Assembly (NCBI GenBank): GCA_026710795.1
Contig: JAPOQK010000037.1
Span: 37,514 to 101,513, forward strand
DNA length: 64,000 bases
Reading direction: 5' to 3'
DNA from: Candidatus Poribacteria bacterium
GTDB taxonomy: Bacteria > Poribacteria > WGA-4E > WGA-3G
The notes below the pieces were generated by a model, which saw only the letters and a list, made by a program, of their open reading frames with translations, did no database searches and had not been told where the DNA came from. Both the position numbers and the translations under genes were made by a program. Below, piece after piece: positions 28,509 through 37,853 of the stretch (its first letter is position 1; the number at the start of each line of letters is the position of its first letter).

Positions 28509-29378
28509 TTAATGTGTGCCAACTTTAACGCGAGCATCTGCCATTGATGCGATCTCACTGTCAATCTCAAATCCGATAAAGTCACGTCCTTCTTTACGAG
28601 CTGCTATACCTGTAGAACCTGAACCAGCAAATGGATCACAGACAACTGAACCTTCTACAGAAAAAATCCTGATTAAATGTCGCAATAAAGGAACAGGTTT
28701 TGCAGCTATGTGTCCGAATTTCTTACGAGGTTTAGGTACTGGAATTACTGTTCCAGGAAAACGTCCTTTTTCAACGACAGGCTCGGATGTGTCTATGAGT
28801 CCAGTCTGATATTGAAGCCAGTTGTCCACGAATGTTCCTTCTCGTGGGGACTGTGCTAAAATAATTATCTCCATCTGTGGCTTGAGTTGTGGTGTTTTTC
28901 TTCCTCCCAAAACCTTTATAATTCTATCCTTTTCTTCAGCTGGTAAATCCCGTTTCCGTACGAAGTGGTCTTGTTTAAATGCTTTTGCTTGACCTTCATA
29001 TCGCCATGCTAACATATCCCTAATTTCAAACCCCGCATCTTCAATGGCGATAGCTGCGCGATGTGAAAGTCTTGGGTGTGAAAAACAGAGTACAAATCCA
29101 CCGGGTTTGACTATGCGAAACCACTGTTCCGCGACCGGTTTCAGGAATCGATATAAATTATAACCTTGTGCTCTGTCAAACTTCATTCCAACAGGAAGTC
29201 CACCAATAACTCCTTTTTTCTGCCTTGACCTTATCCTCTGTGTATCCCAACTGTCATCCATTCCATCCAAGAAATAGGGTGGATCAGTTAGAATAAGAGA
29301 CACACTTTGTGAAGTGACCTTGGACATACCCTTTCGGCAATCAATACATTGTACCCAAGAATCACCACTATTTTCCAT
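28509..29378 (-). CDS. Beta-class DNA (N6-adenine or N4-cytosine) methyltransferase, orphan, embedded in the oxidase operon
   Basis: It has the DPPY motif (LILTDPPYFLDG) followed by the C-terminal FxGxG motif (DPFAGSGSTG). No endonuclease gene is adjacent. Confidence 0.75.
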   Translation of the reverse strand: MENSGDSWVQCIDCRKGMSKVTSQSVSLILTDPPYFLDGMDDSWDTQRIRSRQKKGVIGGLPVGMKFDRAQGYNLYRFLKPVAEQWFRIVKPGGFVLCFSHPRLSHRAAIAIEDAGFEIRDMLAWRYEGQAKAFKQDHFVRKRDLPAEEKDRIIKVLGGRKTPQLKPQMEIIILAQSPREGTFVDNWLQYQTGLIDTSEPVVEKGRFPGTVIPVPKPRKKFGHIAAKPVPLLRHLIRIFSVEGSVVCDPFAGSGSTGIAARKEGRDFIGFEIDSEIASMADARVKVGTH

Positions 29379-29419
29379 TGTTACACCGTCTATAGTGCCT
29401 TATATGAAAGGCATATATC

Positions 29420-29659
29420 TTATGTCTTTAATTTATTATGTGCGCGTCGATAATAATAGAAAACACTTCCCCCAATAATACCAAACACCGTAAACGGCAT
29501 TGACATCATAAAAAGCACACTCCAGTTAAAACCTCTTGCAATCGGTTCGTTAAGGTTTTTACACGCAGGACATGCTTCAAGTGTATGTGGAAGAATTGAA
29601 ATTACAAATCCTATTATCAGAATCCATAAGATAATATGTCGTATCATGCATAACTCCAT
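29420..29659 (-). CDS. Small CxxC membrane protein, translationally coupled (TAATG) to subunit III-2
   Basis: From the MELCMIRHIILW start it has two helices and LEACPACKNL. The longer track ORF from 29728 overlaps the upstream gene by 70 nt. Confidence 0.4.
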   Translation of the reverse strand: MELCMIRHIILWILIIGFVISILPHTLEACPACKNLNEPIARGFNWSVLFMMSMPFTVFGIIGGSVFYYYRRAHNKLKT

Positions 29660-30252
29660 TAAGCGAAATATACCAGAAAGTATAGGATGGGCCACAAAGC
29701 GACTACATAAATCCAATATATCGTACAAGTTTCCACACCTATATGACTATCTGAGGAAAACCTTCCGGATATTGCCATACCGATTACAATTGTTAACCAA
29801 ATCACAGCACCTAAAACATGAACAGCATGGCATCCGATAAGCACATAAAAGATTGCTCCATATACACCAGACTGCAGTGTCAATCCTTTTTCAATAAGTT
29901 GTATCCATTCCCACCCTTGAATTATCAGAAATACCAGCCCTAACGCACCTGTGAGAATCAGCAAATTTTGGAACAGTTTTACTCTATCCAATTGAATAGA
30001 ACGAAGTGCTTGAAACATCGTGTATCCACTGATGACAAGAAGAATGGTATTAATACCAGTTACTAATCGTGGCAGTTGAATTTCTGCAAGGGACAATGGG
30101 GGCCAAGCAACACTTCCCATCCGAAAAACCAGAAATGCCCCTATTAAACCGGAGAATAACATTGTCTCAGATCCGAGCAAAATTAATACTGCCAATTTAG
30201 CGTTACTCAGCGGACGATTTTCGGTCATTTGAAAGTCAGTCTGTACCATCAT
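29659..30252 (-). CDS. Heme-copper oxidase subunit III-like (second paralog)
   Basis: The 197 aa protein is homologous in pattern to 27740..28411 (LIIQGWEWIQLIEKGLTLQ vs LGLQAYEWNALIKHGLTLT; HAVHVLGAVIWL). Confidence 0.7.
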   Translation of the reverse strand: MMVQTDFQMTENRPLSNAKLAVLILLGSETMLFSGLIGAFLVFRMGSVAWPPLSLAEIQLPRLVTGINTILLVISGYTMFQALRSIQLDRVKLFQNLLILTGALGLVFLIIQGWEWIQLIEKGLTLQSGVYGAIFYVLIGCHAVHVLGAVIWLTIVIGMAISGRFSSDSHIGVETCTIYWIYVVALWPILYFLVYFA

Positions 30253-30515
30253 TCGGAAATTCTACGTGCTCCTCTTTTTTTGAATCTGTCAACGATGTAT
30301 TGAATTACCATCTCATAGAAGGCAGCACCGATTAGTGAAATACCGATTATACCCACGATGATTGTGGCAATCACTGATATGATAGTCTTTATGACTGGAG
30401 GTGCATCTAAACCAATAACAAAGCCTAACATAGTTATTACGAACATACTTACAAAAAGTAGTCCTAATATCAAACCGACTTTTCTATTTCGATTCCTTTG
30501 TTCTTGCTCTTTCAT
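30249..30515 (-). CDS. Small two-helix membrane protein
   Basis: The 88 aa ORF shows ATGA coupling to the downstream gene. Confidence 0.35.
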   Translation of the reverse strand: MKEQEQRNRNRKVGLILGLLFVSMFVITMLGFVIGLDAPPVIKTIISVIATIIVGIIGISLIGAAFYEMVIQYIVDRFKKRGARRISE

Positions 30516-30533
30516 TTTTTCTCCTATGACTTT

Positions 30534-31460
30534 TTATATTTTATCTATTGCCATCATGAGAAATATCAATGGAAGATACAATAATGATGCGTGTAGGACA
30601 TATCTTGCTGCTTTAAGTGAACTTGTCTTTTGAAAATAGATACCACTTGCTAGGAACATTCCACCAATCAACATAGCAGAGAAAAAATAGATCCCTCCTG
30701 CAATGTTGAATAAGGTTGGAAGTAGACCGACACCGAACAATGCCAAACAGTTGATGACAATTTGATGACGTGTACTTGTTCCGTCTGGGTGTATAACAGG
30801 TAATAATTTTAATCCTGCATTTGCGTAATCTTCACGATAGATATATGCTATAGCAAGAGAATGTGGTAGTTGCCAAAGAAAGAGAATTGCAAACAATACC
30901 CAAGTAGAGCCTGAAAGTGTATTTTGTGCTGCAACCCATCCTACAACTGGTGGTAAAGCCCCCGGTATAGCTCCAACCAGAGTGCATAATGACGTGCTTC
31001 GCTTCATCGGTGTATATGCAAACAGATAACTTACTACAATAAGGGAGATGACAAAACCGCTTAATGGATTAACAGCGAACGTTAGATATAGCATTCCACC
31101 ACATGTTATAATCACACAGAATAGCAACGCTTCAGTTGCATTTAATCTACCTGTGGGTAATGGTCTTTGCTGTGTTCTGGACATCATGGTATCAATATCT
31201 CTTTCTAAATATTGATTAAGACCTAATACACCACCAGCTGTTAATCCTGAACCGATTAATGTATGTAAAAACAGCATCCAATTAACTGCACCCTGTGTGC
31301 CGAGATAAAAGCCTGCAGCGGTAGTAATCAATATCATCAGTACCATTCGCGGTTTTGTGAGTTCAATATAATCCTCTACCCGCTGGATGAAAACTGATGC
31401 TTTTGTCTGAGAGTTTGCGGCATCACTGTTATTTGGTAATGCTGCTGTGTTTAATGGCAT
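30534..31460 (-). CDS. ctaB: Protoheme IX farnesyltransferase (heme O synthase)
   Basis: It is a UbiA-family prenyltransferase with 8-9 helices and conserved D-rich loops (YLERDIDTMMSRTQQRPL). Confidence 0.85.
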   Translation of the reverse strand: MPLNTAALPNNSDAANSQTKASVFIQRVEDYIELTKPRMVLMILITTAAGFYLGTQGAVNWMLFLHTLIGSGLTAGGVLGLNQYLERDIDTMMSRTQQRPLPTGRLNATEALLFCVIITCGGMLYLTFAVNPLSGFVISLIVVSYLFAYTPMKRSTSLCTLVGAIPGALPPVVGWVAAQNTLSGSTWVLFAILFLWQLPHSLAIAYIYREDYANAGLKLLPVIHPDGTSTRHQIVINCLALFGVGLLPTLFNIAGGIYFFSAMLIGGMFLASGIYFQKTSSLKAARYVLHASLLYLPLIFLMMAIDKI

Positions 31461-31469
31461 ATTTTAATC

Positions 31470-32414
31470 TCATTCCGTAACCAATGAACCGTTGACCGGT
31501 TTAGGTACAGTAATAGTTTCCAGAGATAATCTATATAATTTCAACGTTATTACAAAACTACTTACTAACATGAGTGCCCCGACTGCTACGTGAGATGTCG
31601 TAATTATATCTGTAAGTAGTGTTGATACTGTTGTTCCGTAAGCTGTAAGTTTAGTAATATAAGCACCAAAACCAAGCAGTAATTGAATTATAAGTAATCC
31701 AATTAAAAATATCGTTAATTGCTGTCCGATAGCCTGCACTTCCTTACCACTAATAAAGTAACGTCTAACAAACAGGACTATGTGCAGTGCTACCAAGAAT
31801 GCAAATAGAAGGTGCGCGTCAAGTCTATTACCTGTATGCCGTAAAACAGCACCGAAAATAAGTTGAATATATATCAGACAAGTAGTAATCAAACTTAATC
31901 TGCGCAATTTTTTTGCTGTAATGTTATCAACATTTGTTTCGGACTGTTGCTGATTTTCAATCCAATCAGACGATGTAAATAAACATATTCCGCACAAAAG
32001 AGCAAAGAATGCTTGTGCCAGACATGCATGTAATATAGCAAAATTGAGATTTTCTTCTGTTACCCGAAGTCCACCGAGAACCCCTTGTACACTGACCCCG
32101 ATTAGGGCAGCTATCCCAAGCCATATTACCCACTTACGTGATTCTTTCACAATCAGCATGACTAACATAACTATCGTCAATATCCCAACCAGTGAACCCA
32201 TTAATCGATGGCTGTGTTCATATAGGATACCACCTACCATCTCTGATAATGGATACAGAAACATATTATAGCCGAAGGTTGTGGGCCAATCAGGGACTGC
32301 TAATCCCGATTCAGTGCTTGTTACAATACCTCCAATTACGATAAGTAAGAATGTTGCCCCAGCGGTAAGGAGTGCAATCCGATGTAGCCAAGGACTATAA
32401 CTGATTTGCTTCAT
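31470..32414 (-). CDS. ctaA: Heme A synthase (COX15/CtaA)
   Basis: It has the eight-helix duplicated pattern with His pairs (..EHSHRLMG.. and ..LRHTGNRLDAH..). Confidence 0.8.
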   Translation of the reverse strand: MKQISYSPWLHRIALLTAGATFLLIVIGGIVTSTESGLAVPDWPTTFGYNMFLYPLSEMVGGILYEHSHRLMGSLVGILTIVMLVMLIVKESRKWVIWLGIAALIGVSVQGVLGGLRVTEENLNFAILHACLAQAFFALLCGICLFTSSDWIENQQQSETNVDNITAKKLRRLSLITTCLIYIQLIFGAVLRHTGNRLDAHLLFAFLVALHIVLFVRRYFISGKEVQAIGQQLTIFLIGLLIIQLLLGFGAYITKLTAYGTTVSTLLTDIITTSHVAVGALMLVSSFVITLKLYRLSLETITVPKPVNGSLVTE

Positions 32415-32494
32415 CTTGCTTAATTCCGCGGAGGTAACCTATGTTGATAGGTGTGATCTAATCTACACCTATCATACATCAAGTAGTGACTCAA

Positions 32495-34462
32495 TTAATC
32501 TCCTGCACTCGCGGGTGCATGCTCAGGTTGTGCCTGTGGTATCCAATCAGATTCTTCACCGGGAACACTGTATTCATAAGGACCGCGATAGACAGTAGGT
32601 ATCTGTGCAAAATTACCGTGTGGTACTGGTGTTGGAGCTTCCCATTCTAATGTGGTGACATTCCACGGGTTCTTCTCAGCGACTTTACCGAATTTCATGC
32701 TCCAGAAGAAGTTGAATACGAGTATCAATTGTGCAAAACCGAGAGTAAATGCACTCATTGTAATAAAGATATTCATTCCCTCGAACCCTTGCAAGAAATC
32801 ATAAAACTGTGGGTTAGCAATACGGCGCATATGTCCGCCTACACCGAGGATATGCATTGGGAAGAAAGTGCAGTTAAATGCGATAAATGTTATCCAAAAA
32901 TGGATTTTGGATAATGTATCGTTCATATAACGTCCATACATTTTCGGGTACCAGAAAACAATACCACCGAACATAGCGAACAGACTTCCACCAAAAACGA
33001 CATAGTGTATGTGTGCTACGATGTAATATGTATCGTGTATGTATATGTCAACTGGTGTGTTTGCCATATAGATTCCGCTGAGTCCCCCTATTACAAACAT
33101 AGATACAAATGCAATGCCGTGAAGCATCGGTGTTGTAAATCGGATTGAACCACGGAACATAGTTCCCAGCCAGTTAAATGTTTTTATAGCAGATGGAACC
33201 GCAATAAGCATTGTTGTTGTCATGAAGAATGATCCCATTCCTGGACGCATTCCACTTTGGAACATATGGTGTCCCCAAACAATCCAACCTAAGAATGCTA
33301 TTGAAATCATAGCGTAGACCATAGAGCGATATCCGAAAATCGGTTTACGTGAATTAACTGCGATTAATTCGGATGCAATACCCATACCCGGTAGAATAAG
33401 AATGTATACCTCTGGATGTCCGAAGAACCAGAACAGGTGTTGCCATAACAGCGGGTCACCACCACCTTCAGTTGTAGTGGTAAAGAATGTTGTTCCCGCA
33501 AGTCTATCGAAGATGAGAAGTGCTAAAGCTGATGATAGGACTGGGAAAGCAAGTAGTAACAGGATAGCAACAATAAATAATGACCAGATGACTAATGGGA
33601 GTCTGAAGAATGTCATACCGGGTGCACGCATATTTATGATTGTAGTAATGTAGTTTATTGATCCTACTAATGAAGAAAATCCTTGTATCAACAAACTGAT
33701 TGCCCATAAGTTTTGCCCCCATCCAACATCTGTCCATTGTGGATCAACAGATAATGGGGCATAACCTGTCCAACCTGCTCCAGCGTGCCCTCCCGGAACA
33801 AAAAATCCTGCTGCCATTACAATTGCTGCAAGTACAGCAAGCCAAAAAGAGAGCATATTTAGGATAGGAAATGCCATATCTCTTGTCCCAATCATTAGCG
33901 GGATCAGGAAATTTCCGAACGCACCTACCAATATAGGAACAACGACAAAAAACACCATAATAGTGGCATGCATCGTAAATAGCATGTTATAGGTTTTGTC
34001 TTCTATTACTCCGTTTGGAAAGTGAGTTTCCATCAATTCCTCTTTTTCCGACTCGAAAATCTTCTCCCACCTTTTATCATTACTTGTGACGATTTCTCCT
34101 TCATCAATATATTTTTGAGAAGCACCAATGATGGGCAATGGTCTTCCTGGATATGCCAGCTGCCATCTAAAGAGCAGCGCAAGTCCTCCACCGACGAATA
34201 ACATGATTAATCCGTAGACAAGGAACTGCTTTCCGATCATCTTGTGGTCAAGTGAAAAGAGATATTTTCGAATAAAACCCTCTTCATGATGATGTTCATG
34301 GTGTCCATCATCGTCATGCTCATGTGTGTGTTGTATGGTATCGTTATCGTCATGTGCATGTTCGTGCTGTTCATCATCGTCATGCTCATGTGAAATATTT
34401 TCATTTTCTTGCATCTTTATTCTTGCTCCTTTCGCGACTAGCAACTTGGAATTGCTTTTCAT
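32495..34462 (-). CDS. ctaD: Cytochrome c oxidase subunit I (aa3-type) with a His/Asp-rich N-terminal extension
   Basis: It has the canonical CuB and heme ligand helices (WFFGHPEVYILILP, HHMF). The N-terminal roughly 60 aa are HEHDDDEQHEHAHDDNDTIQHTHEHDDDGHHEHHHEEG. Confidence 0.9.
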   Translation of the reverse strand: MKSNSKLLVAKGARIKMQENENISHEHDDDEQHEHAHDDNDTIQHTHEHDDDGHHEHHHEEGFIRKYLFSLDHKMIGKQFLVYGLIMLFVGGGLALLFRWQLAYPGRPLPIIGASQKYIDEGEIVTSNDKRWEKIFESEKEELMETHFPNGVIEDKTYNMLFTMHATIMVFFVVVPILVGAFGNFLIPLMIGTRDMAFPILNMLSFWLAVLAAIVMAAGFFVPGGHAGAGWTGYAPLSVDPQWTDVGWGQNLWAISLLIQGFSSLVGSINYITTIINMRAPGMTFFRLPLVIWSLFIVAILLLLAFPVLSSALALLIFDRLAGTTFFTTTTEGGGDPLLWQHLFWFFGHPEVYILILPGMGIASELIAVNSRKPIFGYRSMVYAMISIAFLGWIVWGHHMFQSGMRPGMGSFFMTTTMLIAVPSAIKTFNWLGTMFRGSIRFTTPMLHGIAFVSMFVIGGLSGIYMANTPVDIYIHDTYYIVAHIHYVVFGGSLFAMFGGIVFWYPKMYGRYMNDTLSKIHFWITFIAFNCTFFPMHILGVGGHMRRIANPQFYDFLQGFEGMNIFITMSAFTLGFAQLILVFNFFWSMKFGKVAEKNPWNVTTLEWEAPTPVPHGNFAQIPTVYRGPYEYSVPGEESDWIPQAQPEHAPASAGD

Positions 34463-34479
34463 TGTCGCTCCAGTGTGCC

Positions 34480-35139
34480 TTATTCAGGCCACTGTTCCTT
34501 GACCCATTCATCATATTTTTCTTGTGTATGTACATAGAGAAATCCGACCATAGTTGTGTGTCCAAATCCACAGAGTTCAGCGCACGGTATTTCATACGTT
34601 CCTGGGTCTCTCGCCTGAAACTTGATGTTATCAAGAAACCGATTCGGTAATGCGTCCTGTTTCAACCGTAAATTAGGTATAAAGAAACTATGAATCACAT
34701 CTTTAGATGTTAAAATGATCTGTACGAGTTTGTCCTGAGGTACGTGTAATTCGTTTTCTAATTCCAGATCATCTTCAGTTCCTATTTCATTATCTGGACC
34801 AGGATATATCATATACCAGTTAAACTGTTCGCCTCGGACTTGAACGACATAATCGGGATTTTCAGGTGCAGATTTAAGATTATTCCACTGCGGGAAACTC
34901 AACATTGCTAAGCCAAACACAATTACCGTTGTTGCTGCTGTCCAGATGATTTCAAGTTTTGTGCTACCTTCAATGTATTCAGCGCGATGTCCCTCACGGT
35001 GTCGGTACTTTATCAGAAATACTATAAGTGTACCCATCACAAGCACAAAGACAACCACAGTTATCCAATAAATGAGCTCAAAGAGTGTATCAACTCCCTG
35101 TGCATACTCTGATATATTTGGTGGAAGCCATCTTAGCAT
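34480..35139 (-). CDS. coxB: Cytochrome c oxidase subunit II (CuA, no fused cytochrome c)
   Basis: It has two N-terminal helices and the CuA motif H...CAELCGFGHTTM. Confidence 0.85.
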   Translation of the reverse strand: MLRWLPPNISEYAQGVDTLFELIYWITVVVFVLVMGTLIVFLIKYRHREGHRAEYIEGSTKLEIIWTAATTVIVFGLAMLSFPQWNNLKSAPENPDYVVQVRGEQFNWYMIYPGPDNEIGTEDDLELENELHVPQDKLVQIILTSKDVIHSFFIPNLRLKQDALPNRFLDNIKFQARDPGTYEIPCAELCGFGHTTMVGFLYVHTQEKYDEWVKEQWPE

Positions 35140-35192
35140 TCATTCCTCCTATTCCATAATCGTAGACATAAGTAATCATTAGGTACGCATTT

Positions 35193-35975
35193 TTATACTG
35201 TTTTTGCAGAAGCAGTAAACGTCGCGCCCATGTAAGTCAAAATACAAAACATAGATATTACCAATATAGAAAATTCCCACGTCGGTATATAGCCGTTAGT
35301 AGTAGCGGTATCAAAATAGAGACTTTTTCTAAATGCCGCAACCCCGTAAGTTAAGGGATTAAGTTTCATTACCCAAGCCAACCAACTGGGTGCTCCGTCA
35401 CTTGGAAAGAAAGCACCTGATAGCAACCAGATTGGAATGAGTATTAGGTTCATAATCGCATGAAAACCTTGCGTTGAGTCCATACGCCAAGCGATGATGA
35501 GACCGAGGTTCGTTAACCCGAACGCTAAAATAACCATCACACCTAACGTTAAGCACAGAGATGTTAGTCCAAAACGGATACCAATCAGTGGTGCCAAGAA
35601 AAGCAGTAGCACACCTTGAAAAAGTGCTAAAGTTGTCCCACCTAATGCTTGTCCCAGAACAACTTTCCATCTCGCTACAGGTGCAATAAGCACACCTTGT
35701 AGAAAGCCTTCACGTCGCTCATTTACAACAGAGATTGTAGCGAAAACAGCAGTAAAAAGCAAGACTAAAACGACAATACCTGGATAAAAGTATTCAATAT
35801 AGGTTGTTTCCTCCGATTTACCTGATGGTTGAAATGATGCACTCAATCCACTACCGATTAGAATCCAAAATACCAATGGCTGTGCAATTGCACTGAGTAG
35901 GCGACTCCTTTGCCGGTAAAAGCGAATTATTTCACGACACCAGATTGTTGTGACAGGTAACAGAACATTCACCAT
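35193..35975 (-). CDS. ABC-2 type transporter permease
   Basis: It is a six-helix ABC-2 permease, adjacent to an ATPase. Confidence 0.7.
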   Translation of the reverse strand: MVNVLLPVTTIWCREIIRFYRQRSRLLSAIAQPLVFWILIGSGLSASFQPSGKSEETTYIEYFYPGIVVLVLLFTAVFATISVVNERREGFLQGVLIAPVARWKVVLGQALGGTTLALFQGVLLLFLAPLIGIRFGLTSLCLTLGVMVILAFGLTNLGLIIAWRMDSTQGFHAIMNLILIPIWLLSGAFFPSDGAPSWLAWVMKLNPLTYGVAAFRKSLYFDTATTNGYIPTWEFSILVISMFCILTYMGATFTASAKTV

Positions 35976-35986
35976 TTTGTTCTTCC

Positions 35987-36904
35987 TTATACAAAAGGGT
36001 TCCCTGTTAACTTAATGAAAACGTCCTCTAACGAGGCTTTACCTACACGAACAGACTGAATTTCATTGGGAAACGCTGCAACTACCTCCTTTACAAACTC
36101 ATGACCTTGTTGACATTCAATGTGTATATAATTGTCAGTTATTTTTTGAGATACTTCAAAACTCTCTGCAATTGCCTGACTGAGTGTATCACCATTTGTT
36201 GTCTCAATCAACACAACATCACCAGCAATAGTATCTTTGAGTTCATCGGGTGTTCCGATTGTCACTAACCTACCTGAATCCAACATTCCGACTCGGGTGG
36301 ATAAATCAGCCTCATCCAGATGATGTGTTGTAAGAAGAATAAGAATGTTTTCTGTTGTTGCAAGCATATTCAGTTGATCACTGAGTTGTCTGCGAGAACC
36401 TACATCCAAACCGCTACTTGGTTCATCAAGCAGCAAAACACTCGGTGAATGAAGCATTGCCTTTGCGATTTCTACTCTTCTTCTTAATCCTCCAGATAAT
36501 TCTTCTACAATGTCCTGAGATCTATCACTGATACCAAACCGTTCTAACAATTCAAATATTCTATGTTTAAGAATCTTACCTTTAAGTCCGTAGAGATGTC
36601 CGTGATGTCGTAAATTCTCCGTAACAGTAAGCTTGATATCAAGTCCAGGATGTTGAAAAACAACACCGAGTAATTTTCGTATATCTTTTGTCTTGGTATT
36701 CAAGTCAAAACCGAGAATGTCAACACTCCCGTAGGTAGGTTTCATCAGGGTTGACAAAATCTTAAATAGTGTTGTTTTTCCACTACCGTTCGGACCAAGT
36801 AAACAAAAAATCTCTCCACGTGATACGGTGAAACTTATGTCATCTAACGCACATCTTGTACCATAAGAGTGCGTTAGATTTTCAACCGTAATTTTATTGT
36901 TCAC
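35987..36904 (-). CDS. ABC transporter ATP-binding protein
   Basis: It has Walker A GPNGSGKTT, the signature LSGGLRRR and Walker B LLLDEP. Confidence 0.85.
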   Translation of the reverse strand: MNNKITVENLTHSYGTRCALDDISFTVSRGEIFCLLGPNGSGKTTLFKILSTLMKPTYGSVDILGFDLNTKTKDIRKLLGVVFQHPGLDIKLTVTENLRHHGHLYGLKGKILKHRIFELLERFGISDRSQDIVEELSGGLRRRVEIAKAMLHSPSVLLLDEPSSGLDVGSRRQLSDQLNMLATTENILILLTTHHLDEADLSTRVGMLDSGRLVTIGTPDELKDTIAGDVVLIETTNGDTLSQAIAESFEVSQKITDNYIHIECQQGHEFVKEVVAAFPNEIQSVRVGKASLEDVFIKLTGNPFV

Positions 36905-36910
36905 ATCTTA

Positions 36911-37705
36911 CTACTTCTTGATTTTCAGAGTGAAATCTTGTTTGACTTCACCCCCAGCAGCGATAGTAACAACTACAGGTTCTTTGTTATTATTACCACA
37001 GGTTTCATGCCAGTACCCTAACTTATATTCACCAGGGGGAACATTTTCAAGTGTGAATTCACCCTTTTCGTTAGTCACTGCGAAATATGGATGCGGAACA
37101 TAAGCGACCCATGCTTTCATCCATCCGTGGATATCGCATTTTACTTCAACCGGACCTTCAGCTGCTTTTGCAGATGCGAGTTTCATTCTTTTTCGATTTT
37201 TTGTCTGTTGTTTATTGATTGATGTGCGATTCTTTTTGGTACCAAAGATATGCACATTATGTGTCGCCTTGTCGTTATTCAATACCGTAAGAGCTGTTCC
37301 AACAGGAATGATCTGTACATGTGGATTGAATCGGCATTCCTTCTGATCAAGTTCTACCTTCGCATCCTTGTCGAATTCTTTTCCTTGCGTAATATCCATC
37401 AGGTAGACAATTGTATTTTTCAATGCCATGTCTTCACCAACGACAAGTGATTCGTCAAATTTTTCAACAACATCACAAACCTTTGGGTCTTTATTTATTG
37501 CGATTTTTTTCTTTTCAGGTACTTTACCCTCAAATTTTACAATACCGCTAATCTTTCCACCGTTGTTAACTGCAACGGGTTTATACGCTTCTTTAGAAAA
37601 AACGAGTTTATTCATCTCCTCTTCTTCGTGGTCGTCTGCGAATACAATCAGACCGAACCCACAAGCGAGGAGTAGCGCGAAACATACCAACATTTTAGTT
37701 TTCAT
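36911..37705 (-). CDS. Secreted cupredoxin-like (type-1 Cu) protein with a CarboxypepD_reg-like C-terminal domain
   Basis: It has a signal peptide and the candidate ligands HNVH ... CDIHGWM (C-x2-H-x2-M). The C-terminus has NEKGEFTLENVPPGEYKL, a beta-sandwich. It is a paralog of 43917..44684. Confidence 0.55.
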   Translation of the reverse strand: MKTKMLVCFALLLACGFGLIVFADDHEEEEMNKLVFSKEAYKPVAVNNGGKISGIVKFEGKVPEKKKIAINKDPKVCDVVEKFDESLVVGEDMALKNTIVYLMDITQGKEFDKDAKVELDQKECRFNPHVQIIPVGTALTVLNNDKATHNVHIFGTKKNRTSINKQQTKNRKRMKLASAKAAEGPVEVKCDIHGWMKAWVAYVPHPYFAVTNEKGEFTLENVPPGEYKLGYWHETCGNNNKEPVVVTIAAGGEVKQDFTLKIKK

Positions 37706-37853
37706 CTTTTTTCTCCTTTATTGGCATACATGTGAGATGCATTAAATTACCATTTTCTCATTAGAAATAAAAACTGCATCCAATGTTACGCCTTTATGAG
37801 TAATATAAAATATCAGATAAGAGGACATTTCTGTCACAATTTTTTCTACAACT

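Noticed and set aside
29660-29728. 70 nt overlap between the small CxxC ORF (track start 29728) and the subunit III-2 gene
   Set aside because: It is resolved by using the internal Met that forms a TAATG stop-start overlap. The long version is unlikely.
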